Source of the DNA: Gammaproteobacteria bacterium | Lineage (GTDB): Bacteria > Pseudomonadota > Gammaproteobacteria > G965209235 | Direction: 5' to 3' | Length of the DNA stretch: 64,000 bases | Assembly (NCBI GenBank): GCA_965209235.1 | Contig: OZ242382.1 | Span: 943,010-1,007,009 of the forward strand | Part shown: piece by piece, positions 46,596-55,898 of the stretch | Layout: every line of letters begins with the position of its first letter | Position numbering within the stretch: position 1 is the first letter of the stretch | Notes under the pieces: generated by a model | Databases searched by the model: none | What the model saw: the letters and a program-made list of their open reading frames with translations, nothing else | What the model was told of the DNA's origin: nothing | Position numbers and translations under genes: made by a program

Positions 46596-47020
46596 GAAAA
46601 AACAAAGGAGACGGCGACAAGGGGCTGAAGTTTGGAGCCGTGCATCCCACCGTGAAGTTAGTTTCATCAGCAAAGGCGCCGGCCAAAGATCTCATCGAGC
46701 TGTCAAAGAGTCAGATGCCGCCGATCCCGCGAGAAATCACCACGCACCATCCCGACCTAGTGGAAGAGGCTGACTCCGGCCATATTCAAAGGCATTTGGT
46801 TGGCGTGGAAGAGATGTGGGAAACGTTGTGGCAGGAGTATCGCCGCCACTATGGCGACGTGCGCGATGCCCAGAGTTGGGCGAAAGTCGTGGTTGAAGTC
46901 TCGTTGGTGTTGTATGGCAGGTTAGAGACAGCGGAACAGCAGCTCTCAGAGCTTCGCAATCAACTGATCGAGACTATGGGCACGCTGAAACAACACGACG
47001 CCGAGCCGAAAGACTCTTAG
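46592..47020 (+). CDS. hypothetical protein (142 aa)
   Basis: The ORF has a protein-like composition and a C-terminal coiled coil ('LETAEQQLSELRNQLIETMGTL'). The antisense ORFs here are low-complexity. I recognise no family. Confidence 0.45.
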   Translation: MRKNKGDGDKGLKFGAVHPTVKLVSSAKAPAKDLIELSKSQMPPIPREITTHHPDLVEEADSGHIQRHLVGVEEMWETLWQEYRRHYGDVRDAQSWAKVVVEVSLVLYGRLETAEQQLSELRNQLIETMGTLKQHDAEPKDS

Positions 47021-47031
47021 CCTGTGTGCTC

Positions 47032-47457
47032 TCAGGCGGTGCTTGCTCGGCGCTCCTGCTCTTCTTGCTTGGTCTTGCAACTGATACAAAGACGCGCAAT
47101 CGGCCGCACCATCAAGCGCGAGACACCGATCTCATCTTCGCAGTCTTGACAGTATCCAAAGGCTGGTGCCGTCGAGGATTCATGCAATTCAATGGTGCGG
47201 ATAATCCGCTCAAGCAGCCGCTGGTCGCGGCGCAATGACGCTCCAGCTTCCGAGGCCACTTCGTCAAAGTAAGGGACATCTTCTGCATCGACGTGTCCGT
47301 CTCGGCTTTCGCCAACATTGAGGTGTTGTTGGATGTCGCGTTCAACTTGGGCTCTCCATGCTTTCAACAACTGACCAAAAAAATCTCGCTGTTCTGGTCC
47401 CATGTACTCGTGGGAGGGGTTCGCTTCGTACTGCGCGACGCCGTAAAGCTCGATCAT
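47032..47457 (-). CDS. dksA: RNA polymerase-binding transcription factor DksA
   Basis: 'YMGPEQRDFF...' precedes a coiled coil and the C4 zinc finger 'CQDCEDEI...RLCISCK'. Confidence 0.9.
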   Translation of the reverse strand: MIELYGVAQYEANPSHEYMGPEQRDFFGQLLKAWRAQVERDIQQHLNVGESRDGHVDAEDVPYFDEVASEAGASLRRDQRLLERIIRTIELHESSTAPAFGYCQDCEDEIGVSRLMVRPIARLCISCKTKQEEQERRASTA

Positions 47458-47554
47458 TGTTGGTCTCCAGATGCATGGTGACGCATCGGCAAACTCGAAT
47501 TATACGGCTAAAAACAGGCTTCATCTGTGCGCTCAATGGCGGCGACTGAGGACA

Positions 47555-47560
47555 TACAAT
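47555..47560 (+). promoter_or_regulatory. possible -10 hexamer (TACAAT) for the 6S RNA candidate
   Basis: TACAAT lies about 7 nt upstream of the first nucleotides of the proposed closing stem. I found no good -35. Confidence 0.25.
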
Positions 47561-47564
47561 GCCG

Positions 47565-47732
47565 CCGGCTGGATTGCGCGACACCACTCATTTTGCTGGG
47601 GCCGTTGCTTTATCCGAGGGGAAAAAGATGGGTGGAGTGAGTGCCCGCACGTTCGGGATGCATGAAACCTGTCCAGCTCCCCAACCCTTACTATAGGGTC
47701 TCGGGCACTTGAGGGATCGGCAATCCGGTCAC
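47565..47732 (+). ncRNA. ssrS: candidate 6S RNA (ssrS); boundaries approximate
   Basis: Synteny places it immediately 5' of the 5-formyl-THF cyclo-ligase gene, as ssrS-ygfA in E. coli and Pseudomonas. The hand fold has a closing stem CUGGAUUGC (47569-77) / GCAAUCCGG (47720-28), extended by CGA/UCG and CC-CUCA/UGAGGG. Large internal loops follow, then an inner stem GGGUGGAG/CUCC..CCC and a small 3'-side hairpin ACCCU-uacuau-AGGGU. No covariance model was run. Confidence 0.5.
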
Positions 47733-47741
47733 AAAAAGCAG

Positions 47742-48322
47742 ATGCTGTTTTCGACATCTCCCGCCACAAGGCGGCGCTTCGGCGCGACGCTGTTCAGCGA
47801 CGGCCAGCGCGCAGATATCGCAAGCTTGAGATGTTGCTGCGGACGACGCTCCAGCGTGCCCGGCCGCGATCAGTGATCGCGTTTGGCGCCATGACGGATG
47901 AATGCGATATCACGTCGGTGATGCGCTGCTTGCCTCCCACCACGCGAATTCTCCATCCTGCGCGCTCACGCAGTGAAGGCACCTCGCCCTCCGTCACCAC
48001 CGTTCGATCGCGGCGGCGTCTGGCCCGAAGCGCCTGGATGTCCTCGTGCAGCGCGCAATTCGTGAGCCGCGGTAGTCGCATGCAGCGCATCTGTCAGCGG
48101 CGGACCATGGTCGTGCTGCCTGCGTTAGCCGTGTCAGATGATGGGGCAAGGCTTGGACGCGGCGGAGGGTGGTATGACCGGCTTCTTGATGCACTACCGC
48201 GCGCGCGTTCCATTTGTGTCGTGCATTCTTCGCGCGTGGTGCCGGCTATCCCAGCCGAGCCTCATGATCGCAGAGTGTCATGGATCGTGACTGAGGCAGG
48301 CGTCAGTCGTTGCGGTCGCTAG
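47742..48322 (+). CDS. ygfA: 5-formyltetrahydrofolate cyclo-ligase, apparently frame-disrupted near 47820-47830 (the uninterrupted ORF is 47831..48322)
   Basis: 'LPALAVSDDGARLGRGGGWYDRLL' (the G.G.G.YDR motif) lies in frame B. The N-terminal 'TRRRFGATLFSDGQRADIASL' from ATG 47742 lies in frame A. Frame B has no ATG/GTG/TTG between stop 47663 and 47831. Confidence 0.8.
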
Positions 48323-49875
48323 CGCAACAGGGTGCGATACGGCGCGCTATCTTGCGCCGCGCGCACCTTGTATTGGCGGCCATTCATCCATTCCATGCAG
48401 TGGCTGATGTCATCATCCATCACCAGTAATCCCAGCAAGCAATGATCAGCGGCGCCTGTCTGATGCCGGAAGTGGCACAAGGACACGAGGAATTTCCGCG
48501 AAATGACGGCAAGCTCGGTTTGCAATTCGTGGTGGTAGTTTGGTAGCTCAAGCTGGAACAGAACTTCTGTTTGTCCCGGCGGAAGAGCCGGCAGCGGACC
48601 TCCGCACAGATGACGCAGGTGTGCAAATGCTAGTTCATCCTCGGTGACATCAACCATGTCGAAATCACTTGGAGGCAATAGATCTTGCACTGATGCGTGC
48701 TCGCCTGTTGATGTGGTCGGTTGCATCATGCTCATAAACATGCGCCCATCTGTGTTCTCGCCAGCGTAGCGGTAGGCAATCTCACAGACTGTGTGTTCTT
48801 GGAGATGATCGCACATCCGTGCGATCGTTCCAGGGGTATCGCGAAAACGCACGCAGTAGGAGCGCTGTGTCTGGTTGCCGCGCTCAACGCGTTCGGCGAT
48901 AAAGGATAGTCGGTTGAAATCTGCATTGGCACCGGACAGCACTGCGACCATGTGCTGGGCGTGATTGTTCTGGGACCACTGCTTCAACCCAGCAAGAGCT
49001 GCAGCACCGCTCGGCTCGGGGACGACGCGCGTGGCAACGAACGTGTCGCGAACGGCTGCGCAGATTTCATCCACCGATACCGTGACCAGGCCGTCAAGAA
49101 GCTGCGACAGCACGTCGAAGGCGATGTCGCCAACACGGCGCAATGAGATGCCGTCAGCGAATTGGCTGGCATAGCTCAGTTCAAACGGCGATCCATGCTC
49201 AAGTGCCGCTTTCAAGCAGGCACTGCCCTCTTCCTCAACGCCAATCACTTTGACCTGAGGTCTGACGGCTTTGATCACCGCGGTCACGCCAGCTGCGAGG
49301 CCACCCCCACCGACGGGGACAAACACAACGTCGGGTCCTGATGGCAAGTCACTGAGCAGTTCAAGGCCGAGCGTGCCTTGGCCGGCGATGATCGCCGGGT
49401 CATTAAACGCATGCACAAATGCACCGCCGGCTTCTTCAGCCGCTTGCTTCGCAACGTCAAACCCTGCGTCGACACTCTTGCCTGATAGCACTACTTCGGC
49501 ACCCAGTGATCTCACGGCATCCGCTTTGATCTTTGATGCGCGCTCCGGCATGTAAATGCGACATGGAATGCCCATGTGACGGCATGACAGAGCGAGACCT
49601 TGGGCGTGGTTACCTGCCGAGGCCGCGAAAGCTCCCGCAATGCGTTGTTGAGGGGGGATCTCATGCACGCGGTTTGAAGCGCCACGCACCTTGAACGAGT
49701 GCGTAGGCTGAAGATCCTCGCGCTTCAGGTAAATGCGCTGGTCTAGGCTATTTTCCAGCGCTCTCACGCGGGTTAGCGGTGTGCGTTTGGCCACCTCATA
49801 GACATGCGCGTTCAGCGAGCGGCGTAGCCACGCGTTGACCATGGCTTCTGCGTCGGCCGATAGAACCGTGGTCAT
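48319..49875 (-). CDS. ilvA: biosynthetic threonine ammonia-lyase (threonine dehydratase)
   Basis: 'HSFKVRGA' (PLP Lys), 'SAGNHAQG' and 'VGGGGLAAG' are followed by two C-terminal ACT-like regulatory domains. Confidence 0.95.
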   Translation of the reverse strand: MTTVLSADAEAMVNAWLRRSLNAHVYEVAKRTPLTRVRALENSLDQRIYLKREDLQPTHSFKVRGASNRVHEIPPQQRIAGAFAASAGNHAQGLALSCRHMGIPCRIYMPERASKIKADAVRSLGAEVVLSGKSVDAGFDVAKQAAEEAGGAFVHAFNDPAIIAGQGTLGLELLSDLPSGPDVVFVPVGGGGLAAGVTAVIKAVRPQVKVIGVEEEGSACLKAALEHGSPFELSYASQFADGISLRRVGDIAFDVLSQLLDGLVTVSVDEICAAVRDTFVATRVVPEPSGAAALAGLKQWSQNNHAQHMVAVLSGANADFNRLSFIAERVERGNQTQRSYCVRFRDTPGTIARMCDHLQEHTVCEIAYRYAGENTDGRMFMSMMQPTTSTGEHASVQDLLPPSDFDMVDVTEDELAFAHLRHLCGGPLPALPPGQTEVLFQLELPNYHHELQTELAVISRKFLVSLCHFRHQTGAADHCLLGLLVMDDDISHCMEWMNGRQYKVRAAQDSAPYRTLLR

Positions 49876-50786
49876 TCCAAGAACCGCAAACGCAGTTTGT
49901 CTACGGCGTCGCTTTTCAAACCCAGTCCGCGAGACAGATAGTCCGGGATATCCGTATATCGGTCGTGTAGATACTTCATGCCGGCATCAAACCACGATTG
50001 TTCCACAAGAAACACTGTGCGAAGCGCCGAGCGCACGGCATCGGTTTTCCATTCCGGCCCACGTTCGCGGGCAATGTCATCCAGTAAGGGGTCGATCACG
50101 GGTTCAAGATACCGTGCGGAGAGAAGATACTCCGAACGGAGTTCTTGAACGGGCACGCCGAGGCCTCCGAGAATGAAGGCGCTGGCGAATCCTGTTCGAT
50201 CTTTTCCGGCGACGCAGTGAAAAAGCAATGAGCCATCACGGTCAGCGAGAAGCTCGCGAAAGAACGACGCGTATGTCTCAATATGTTCACCGACCAGCTG
50301 CTTAGCAACTTCTTGTCCGCGCTGGCTAAGTTCCTCTGGTGGAATCTCGCCTTTTGCGCATCTCTGCAGATCTTCTTGTAATGATGTAACACGCAGGTTA
50401 TCCGTATCAATCGGTAGGTGAACATCCACAATGCTTTCGCCAAAGCTGTGGGGCTGAGAGGAGCGCTCATGGTCTCTGCGAAAGTCAACAATCGTGCGCA
50501 AACGCAATCGACGCAAATAGTCGATGTCACCTTGATCCAGTCGCGACGGTGCGTCTGAACGAAGAAGTTCACCCCACTTCACACGTTGGCCATTCGATGT
50601 TTGATAGCCACCGATGTCGCGGCAGTTGGCGAGGTACCGAACGGGTAACCTGCGCCACTGCTCACGTGAAGCGACAGGGAGATGAACGGGCACGGGCCGC
50701 TGGTGCGGATCGTGCTCGAACTCTCCATTAAAGCGGAAGATGCTTCGCCTGCGATCTCGCTGAGACACGTGAGAATCCGACGTCAC
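49872..50786 (-). CDS. protein-tyrosine phosphatase-like protein (Y_phosphatase3 family)
   Basis: The CX5R active site is 'HCVAGKDRTG', and 'NCRDIGGY' is typical of this family. An ATGA overlap joins it to the ilvA start. Confidence 0.8.
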   Translation of the reverse strand: MTSDSHVSQRDRRRSIFRFNGEFEHDPHQRPVPVHLPVASREQWRRLPVRYLANCRDIGGYQTSNGQRVKWGELLRSDAPSRLDQGDIDYLRRLRLRTIVDFRRDHERSSQPHSFGESIVDVHLPIDTDNLRVTSLQEDLQRCAKGEIPPEELSQRGQEVAKQLVGEHIETYASFFRELLADRDGSLLFHCVAGKDRTGFASAFILGGLGVPVQELRSEYLLSARYLEPVIDPLLDDIARERGPEWKTDAVRSALRTVFLVEQSWFDAGMKYLHDRYTDIPDYLSRGLGLKSDAVDKLRLRFLE

Positions 50787-50792
50787 GACCGC

Positions 50793-51776
50793 TTAGCTGT
50801 GTGACATCTCCACCACGATCTTGCCGATCGCTTTTCGGTCACGGACGGCCACAATGGCATCAGCCGATGATTCAAACGGGAAGCGTTGGCTAATGCGTGG
50901 TTTGATGGCTTCGTCTTCGTAGAACGCGAATAGATCTTGGAAGTTGCGGCGGTTGTCTTCCGCTTGACGGGCTGTGAAGGCACCCCAAAACACGCCGACG
51001 ACGGATGCGCCTTTCAGCAACGGCAGGTTCGCTTGTACGGTACCAATCTTGCCGCTAGCAAAGCCGATGACAAGGAGGCGGCCGTTCCATGAGACGCAGC
51101 GCATGCATTGCTCAAAGATGTCTCCACCAAGAACTTCATAAATCACTTCGACGCCTTCACCTTTTGTGAGCTCCTTAATGGCATCTTTGAGATTGACATT
51201 GGAGTAGTTGATCAGGTCGTCGGCGCCGAGCTGTTTCGCCATCTCCAACTTTTCGTCGGAGCTTGCGGCTGCGATCACACGTGCGCCGAGAGCGCGGCCG
51301 AGTTCAACAGCTGCTGTTCCCACTCCGCCACCAGCGCCGGTCACCAGTAGCGATTCGCCTGGTTGAATCGCACCACGTTGGACGAGGGCGTGGAAGGTCG
51401 TCCCGTAGGTCATGCCAAAGCATGCTGCTTCGTCATACGGCATCACATCGGGAATGGCATACACGCTGCGCTCTGGAGCGACCGCAAATTCGGCAAAAGC
51501 ACCATTACCGGTCATTGCCATGACGCGATCGCCCGGTTTGACACTGGTCACTTTCTCGCCAACCGATTCGACGACACCAGCGCATTCGCCGCCGGGTGCA
51601 AAAGGAAACGGAGGCTTAAATTGGTATTTCCCTTCCACGATGAGTGAATCGGGGAAGTTGACGCCCGCGGCATGTACGCGAACAAGAACGTCGCCAGGAC
51701 CAGGGGTTGGAGTTTCGAGCTCGTCGATCTTCAGTTGTTCAACAGGGCCAAACTCATGGCAAACAAGCGCTTTCAT
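50793..51776 (-). CDS. qor: NADPH:quinone oxidoreductase / zinc-type alcohol dehydrogenase-like (MDR family)
   Basis: 'MKALVCHEFG', 'VRVHAAGVNFPD', 'PFAPGGECAGVV' and 'LLVTGAGGGVGTAAV' support the call. Confidence 0.85.
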   Translation of the reverse strand: MKALVCHEFGPVEQLKIDELETPTPGPGDVLVRVHAAGVNFPDSLIVEGKYQFKPPFPFAPGGECAGVVESVGEKVTSVKPGDRVMAMTGNGAFAEFAVAPERSVYAIPDVMPYDEAACFGMTYGTTFHALVQRGAIQPGESLLVTGAGGGVGTAAVELGRALGARVIAAASSDEKLEMAKQLGADDLINYSNVNLKDAIKELTKGEGVEVIYEVLGGDIFEQCMRCVSWNGRLLVIGFASGKIGTVQANLPLLKGASVVGVFWGAFTARQAEDNRRNFQDLFAFYEDEAIKPRISQRFPFESSADAIVAVRDRKAIGKIVVEMSHS

Positions 51777-51845
51777 GTCGCGGTTCCGCAAATCGTGTTG
51801 CGAGATTCTACGATTGAGCGCATCGCCGGTTTGACATCATCCGGA

Positions 51846-53348
51846 TCAACTCGCAGCGGCGGTCGCTTCCATCGTTTGCTGATAGCTCTGATGCATGGAA
51901 CGGCAGATGTCCCAAACCGTTTGATGGCTCGGTTGTCGGGCGGCGATCACATGCCGAGATTGTTGGGCGTCAGCGGCAAACTGGCGCTGAATATCTGGCG
52001 TAGGACAGCCCACACTGAAAGCCCATTGCTTCGTGGAGCGAGCCGCTGACATGCCAGCCTCCACCAAAGACGTTGTCTCTAACTGCCGCCGCATGCGGGT
52101 GGCAGGTAAACGATCAACCCCGCCTCGCATGATCTCTGACGCCCATTGCAACGATGCCTGAAGCGGCTCGATCGCGCCGGTGAGATCCCGTTGCATTTTT
52201 TCGATGACACTCAGCCCTTCAGCCGTCATGTCAGCGGTGGCGCCGGCATCAGCTGCGCGCAGAGACCGAGACGATGCTGTGGCCCAGTCTGATGTGACAC
52301 GCTCAGCGCGTGATTCCCGCTCCACGCCGGCCAACATGGATGCTGCACAGAAGTGCAGGAGATGTGGGTTGGCGCCGCCTAGCGTCCACGGGTCAACATC
52401 AGCCACGCGCATTTCCAAATACTCAGCGCCGCTTGTCACGAGGTTTTCCGACAGTGTCGGTGATGTCGTGTTTGTTGTTTTGATGCGCACCGGCGCGTAG
52501 TACTCGTTTTCCATCTGTAGCACATTTCGTGACAGTTGGGTCAGCCGGCCGCCGCGAATCCTCTGAGTTCGAGAATAGGCGGGTTCAACAGTCAGCGCCG
52601 CTTTGCAGAGATCACGAGCGTAACGGTCCACGGAGTCAAACGAGACGGAATGGCGCGACTGCACGGCCGAGGTATAGCCGGTGACTCCCAATCGAATGGT
52701 CGTCGCGGCATCAGTGACATACTCGTCATGACGCCAATGCCCAGCAGGAACAGGGCGATTCCCCACATACGAGCGGTGCATGATGGGCGACGCGCCAAAC
52801 AGCAAGGAGAACAGCCATGCGTGTTCCATCATCCATCGAGCACCTGCCCCGTACACGGCGTTGCGCGCTTCCGTCGTGGTCGATGAGTGGCCGAGCGCTC
52901 TTGCAGCGGCGGCGAGAGCTTGGTCGTCAAACGACACATTCGCGTGAACACCGCACACCATTTGCATGGCGGCGCTGTATCGCATCAGCAGGCCGCGCCG
53001 GTAGGTCTCTTTGACTTGGGATGCCGCATCTTGCCCAAACTGCGCCACTGTCGGGTGTTGGGACAATGGAGGTGGAACGCTCCAGGGCCAAATCAGCTCA
53101 CTGCCGTCCAGCGTGAGAAGCGCGCAGGCCACCAAGCGGTCTAGCTCGTTGACAGCGTGTTCAGCGGAGTTGTGAACACCGGTCACAAACTCCACCATCT
53201 GCTCGGCAAAATCGAGCGTCACTTTCGGGTGCGCGGCCGGGTGTCCCCATCTCAGCGGATGGGGGGTTTGCGCGATCGCTCCTTGTGTTGTAACGCGAAG
53301 CGCTTCTCGCTCAAGGCCGAACCGAAAGCGACATAACTCTTCAACCAA
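51846..53348 (-). CDS. gshA: glutamate--cysteine ligase (gammaproteobacterial type)
   Basis: 'FGLEREALRV' (compare E. coli RGLERETLRV) and the 'HANVSF' and 'YLEMRVADV'-type blocks support the call. It is about 500 aa. Confidence 0.9.
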   Translation of the reverse strand: MVEELCRFRFGLEREALRVTTQGAIAQTPHPLRWGHPAAHPKVTLDFAEQMVEFVTGVHNSAEHAVNELDRLVACALLTLDGSELIWPWSVPPPLSQHPTVAQFGQDAASQVKETYRRGLLMRYSAAMQMVCGVHANVSFDDQALAAAARALGHSSTTTEARNAVYGAGARWMMEHAWLFSLLFGASPIMHRSYVGNRPVPAGHWRHDEYVTDAATTIRLGVTGYTSAVQSRHSVSFDSVDRYARDLCKAALTVEPAYSRTQRIRGGRLTQLSRNVLQMENEYYAPVRIKTTNTTSPTLSENLVTSGAEYLEMRVADVDPWTLGGANPHLLHFCAASMLAGVERESRAERVTSDWATASSRSLRAADAGATADMTAEGLSVIEKMQRDLTGAIEPLQASLQWASEIMRGGVDRLPATRMRRQLETTSLVEAGMSAARSTKQWAFSVGCPTPDIQRQFAADAQQSRHVIAARQPSHQTVWDICRSMHQSYQQTMEATAAAS

Positions 53349-53374
53349 TGTTACGTGATAACGTTATGAATGCG

Positions 53375-54907
53375 TTACGAATTCGGTCCAGCATCAACGA
53401 TGGCTTGCGGCACATCGAAACGCTTGAAGTTGGCTTGCAATTCCTTGATCAGAGCGATCTTTGCTGCGTCGTACGCTGCCTTGTCGCTCCACGCTTCGCG
53501 TGGGTCAAGCATCTTCGAATCAACGCCTGGCAGCTCAGTTGGAATTTCCACGTTTAAGCCTTCAATCTTGCGCCGCGGGGCCGTCGCCGCCGTGCCATTT
53601 TGGATGGCAGTGACAACAGCTCGTGTGACGGGAATGGGGAAGCGCGAACCGACGCCGTACGGACCACCCGTCCATCCGGTGTTCACCAGGAAGACGTCAG
53701 CTTTGGACGCGGCCAATCTCTTGATGAGTAGGTCAGCGTATTCCTTGGGACGGCGGGGGAAGAAAGGCGCACCGAAGCACGTCGAAAACGTGGATTCAAT
53801 CGCGACTGTTGAGCCGACTTCTGTTGAGCCAACTTTGGCGGTGTATCCACTCAGGAAGTGGTAGGCTGCCGCTTGAGGTGACAAGATGGATACCGGAGGC
53901 AGTACTCCACCGACGTCACATGTCAAAAAGACAACCGAGGTCGGCTCATCGCCGGTGTTGGAGGGAACACACCCTTCGATGTGGCTACGTGGGTAGCAGC
54001 ACCGCGTGTTTTCGGTGATCGTGGTGGAATCGTAGTCTGGATGACGGGTCTCTGGATCGACGACCACGTTTTCCAAGATCGCGCCCGTGCGGATCGCGCT
54101 GTAAATCAGCGGTTCATGCTTCTCTGACAGGTTGACACATTTCGCGTAGCACCCGCCTTCCAAGTTAAAGACTTCGCCCGATGCCCAAGCATGTTCATCA
54201 TCGCCGATGAGGTTGCAGGAGGGATCAGCTGACAGGGTCGTTTTCCCCGTTCCAGACAGACCAAAGAACAGGGCGGTGTTGCCTTTCTTATCAATGTTGG
54301 CGCTGCAGTGCATCGGCAAGACGTCGTGGGCGGGGAGCAAGTAGTTTTGCACCGAGAACATCGATTTTTTCATCTCGCCTGCATAACGCATGCCCGCAAT
54401 CAGAACGGTCTTTTCGGAGAAGTTGATGATGACGCAGCCATCAGAGTTTGTGCCGTCGCGGTCTGGGTCGCAGACGAACGTTGGAGCGGAGATCAAACTC
54501 CAGCACTCTTTCTTCGCCGGATTAAAGGAGTCGGGGCGAATAAAGATCAAGCTGGCAAACATGCAATGCCAAGCAAACTCCGTGGTGACTTCGAGTGCGA
54601 TGTAGTGGTGAGCACTTGCTCCGATATGGACTTCTTGAGTGAAGACGTCTCGCTCTGAGAGGTGGGCTCTCACGCGGTTAGCCAGCGCCGTAAAGGTTTC
54701 GGGATCGAACGGCTTGTTGACACTGCCCCAGTCGACGGAATTCGCTGTCAATTCATCTTTGACGATGAAGCGATCGTTAGGGCTACGGCCCGTGCGGCTG
54801 CCGGTGACGGCCAGGAACGCGCCGTTATCAGCAAGAGTCCCTTCTTGCCTGCGAATCGCTTCCTCGACAAGGGTAAGAGGGCTTAGGTTTGCAAGTCGCC
54901 GAGGCAT
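53375..54907 (-). CDS. pckA: phosphoenolpyruvate carboxykinase (ATP)
   Basis: '[10 protein letters not shown]', kinase-1a '[13 protein letters not shown]', 'IGDDEHAW' and 'GGCYAK' support the call. Confidence 0.95.
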   Translation of the reverse strand: MPRRLANLSPLTLVEEAIRRQEGTLADNGAFLAVTGSRTGRSPNDRFIVKDELTANSVDWGSVNKPFDPETFTALANRVRAHLSERDVFTQEVHIGASAHHYIALEVTTEFAWHCMFASLIFIRPDSFNPAKKECWSLISAPTFVCDPDRDGTNSDGCVIINFSEKTVLIAGMRYAGEMKKSMFSVQNYLLPAHDVLPMHCSANIDKKGNTALFFGLSGTGKTTLSADPSCNLIGDDEHAWASGEVFNLEGGCYAKCVNLSEKHEPLIYSAIRTGAILENVVVDPETRHPDYDSTTITENTRCCYPRSHIEGCVPSNTGDEPTSVVFLTCDVGGVLPPVSILSPQAAAYHFLSGYTAKVGSTEVGSTVAIESTFSTCFGAPFFPRRPKEYADLLIKRLAASKADVFLVNTGWTGGPYGVGSRFPIPVTRAVVTAIQNGTAATAPRRKIEGLNVEIPTELPGVDSKMLDPREAWSDKAAYDAAKIALIKELQANFKRFDVPQAIVDAGPNS

Positions 54908-55007
54908 GGGGTCGAAATGGTGTTGAGCAAGACGGTAATTTTAGGTGTGTGCTTCGCCGCTCGCGCAACCGCGCGTAGTTGCGCGGTCCCGCGCTCGTGA
55001 TTCGGTG

Positions 55008-55898
55008 CTACCGGCAGGCCGAAGTCGCGGTCGGCGGCGCGACTGTGATGCGCACCGTATGGGTTGAATTGGCGACGATCGTCTTTCCTGTGATGGTCGT
55101 GCAGCCTTCCCAGTCGGTGGGCAGAGGCTGTGCGGTCTCGCCAAGCCGAACAATGACGGACGCAGCGTCGTCAGGTTGCAGGCGACGCAGGCTTAATCCG
55201 GGCAACATGGAGTCACCGACGGTGAGCCGCCCGGTGGCTGTATCCCCATCGCGTACCAGTCGGGTCACCGCAAGGGGAGGGATCTTGACGCCCAACGCAC
55301 GCACAGATGCCCAAATGGGCATGTCCTTCGGTGCGCCAGGGGGGATGAATGCATGGATGCCAAGCCCCCAATCTAAGACGGATGCGTCGTCAATGGCAAA
55401 TTTCAACAATTGCACTTCGGGACTGGCGGGTGACAGGGACAGCGCTTGCCCCACCGAGGCCTGTGCATGCACAAGAGCCTCAGGGTGTCCTTGTTGCGTT
55501 AACCCCAGCTGCACTCGCGCCCGCAGCGTCCAGTACGCCGCATCGAGTTGGTCACTCGGCGTTTGATCTTCCACACTCAAAAGCGCGCGCTCGGCTTCCG
55601 CCAAGTCGCCCACGCCGATGAACGCCTGAGCTCGTGCGTGTTCATCCCACGCGCTACTCGCGCCCAGCGGGAACGCTAACTCTTGCGTCAGCGCAAGCCA
55701 ACCGCGCTCTTGCGAACTTTCTGCATGAAACGCATGATCGGCATTGAGCTGCTTGTGGCCGCCAAACGTGAGGTACAAGACAGACGTGAGGATGGCGAAC
55801 GCCAGCGGCAAGATGCGGCGTGATCGCGGCGTCTGCGCAGTCCAAAACGAGAGGCCGGCGGCAAGGGTTCCTGCGATCGCTGTGAGAAGGAATGTCAT
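55008..55898 (-). CDS. ccmI: c-type cytochrome biogenesis protein CcmI (CycH)
   Basis: ATG 55898 overlaps the ccmGH stop (ATGA). Two N-terminal TM helices are followed by a TPR-like region. It is the last gene of the ccm cluster. Confidence 0.75.
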   Translation of the reverse strand: MTFLLTAIAGTLAAGLSFWTAQTPRSRRILPLAFAILTSVLYLTFGGHKQLNADHAFHAESSQERGWLALTQELAFPLGASSAWDEHARAQAFIGVGDLAEAERALLSVEDQTPSDQLDAAYWTLRARVQLGLTQQGHPEALVHAQASVGQALSLSPASPEVQLLKFAIDDASVLDWGLGIHAFIPPGAPKDMPIWASVRALGVKIPPLAVTRLVRDGDTATGRLTVGDSMLPGLSLRRLQPDDAASVIVRLGETAQPLPTDWEGCTTITGKTIVANSTHTVRITVAPPTATSACR

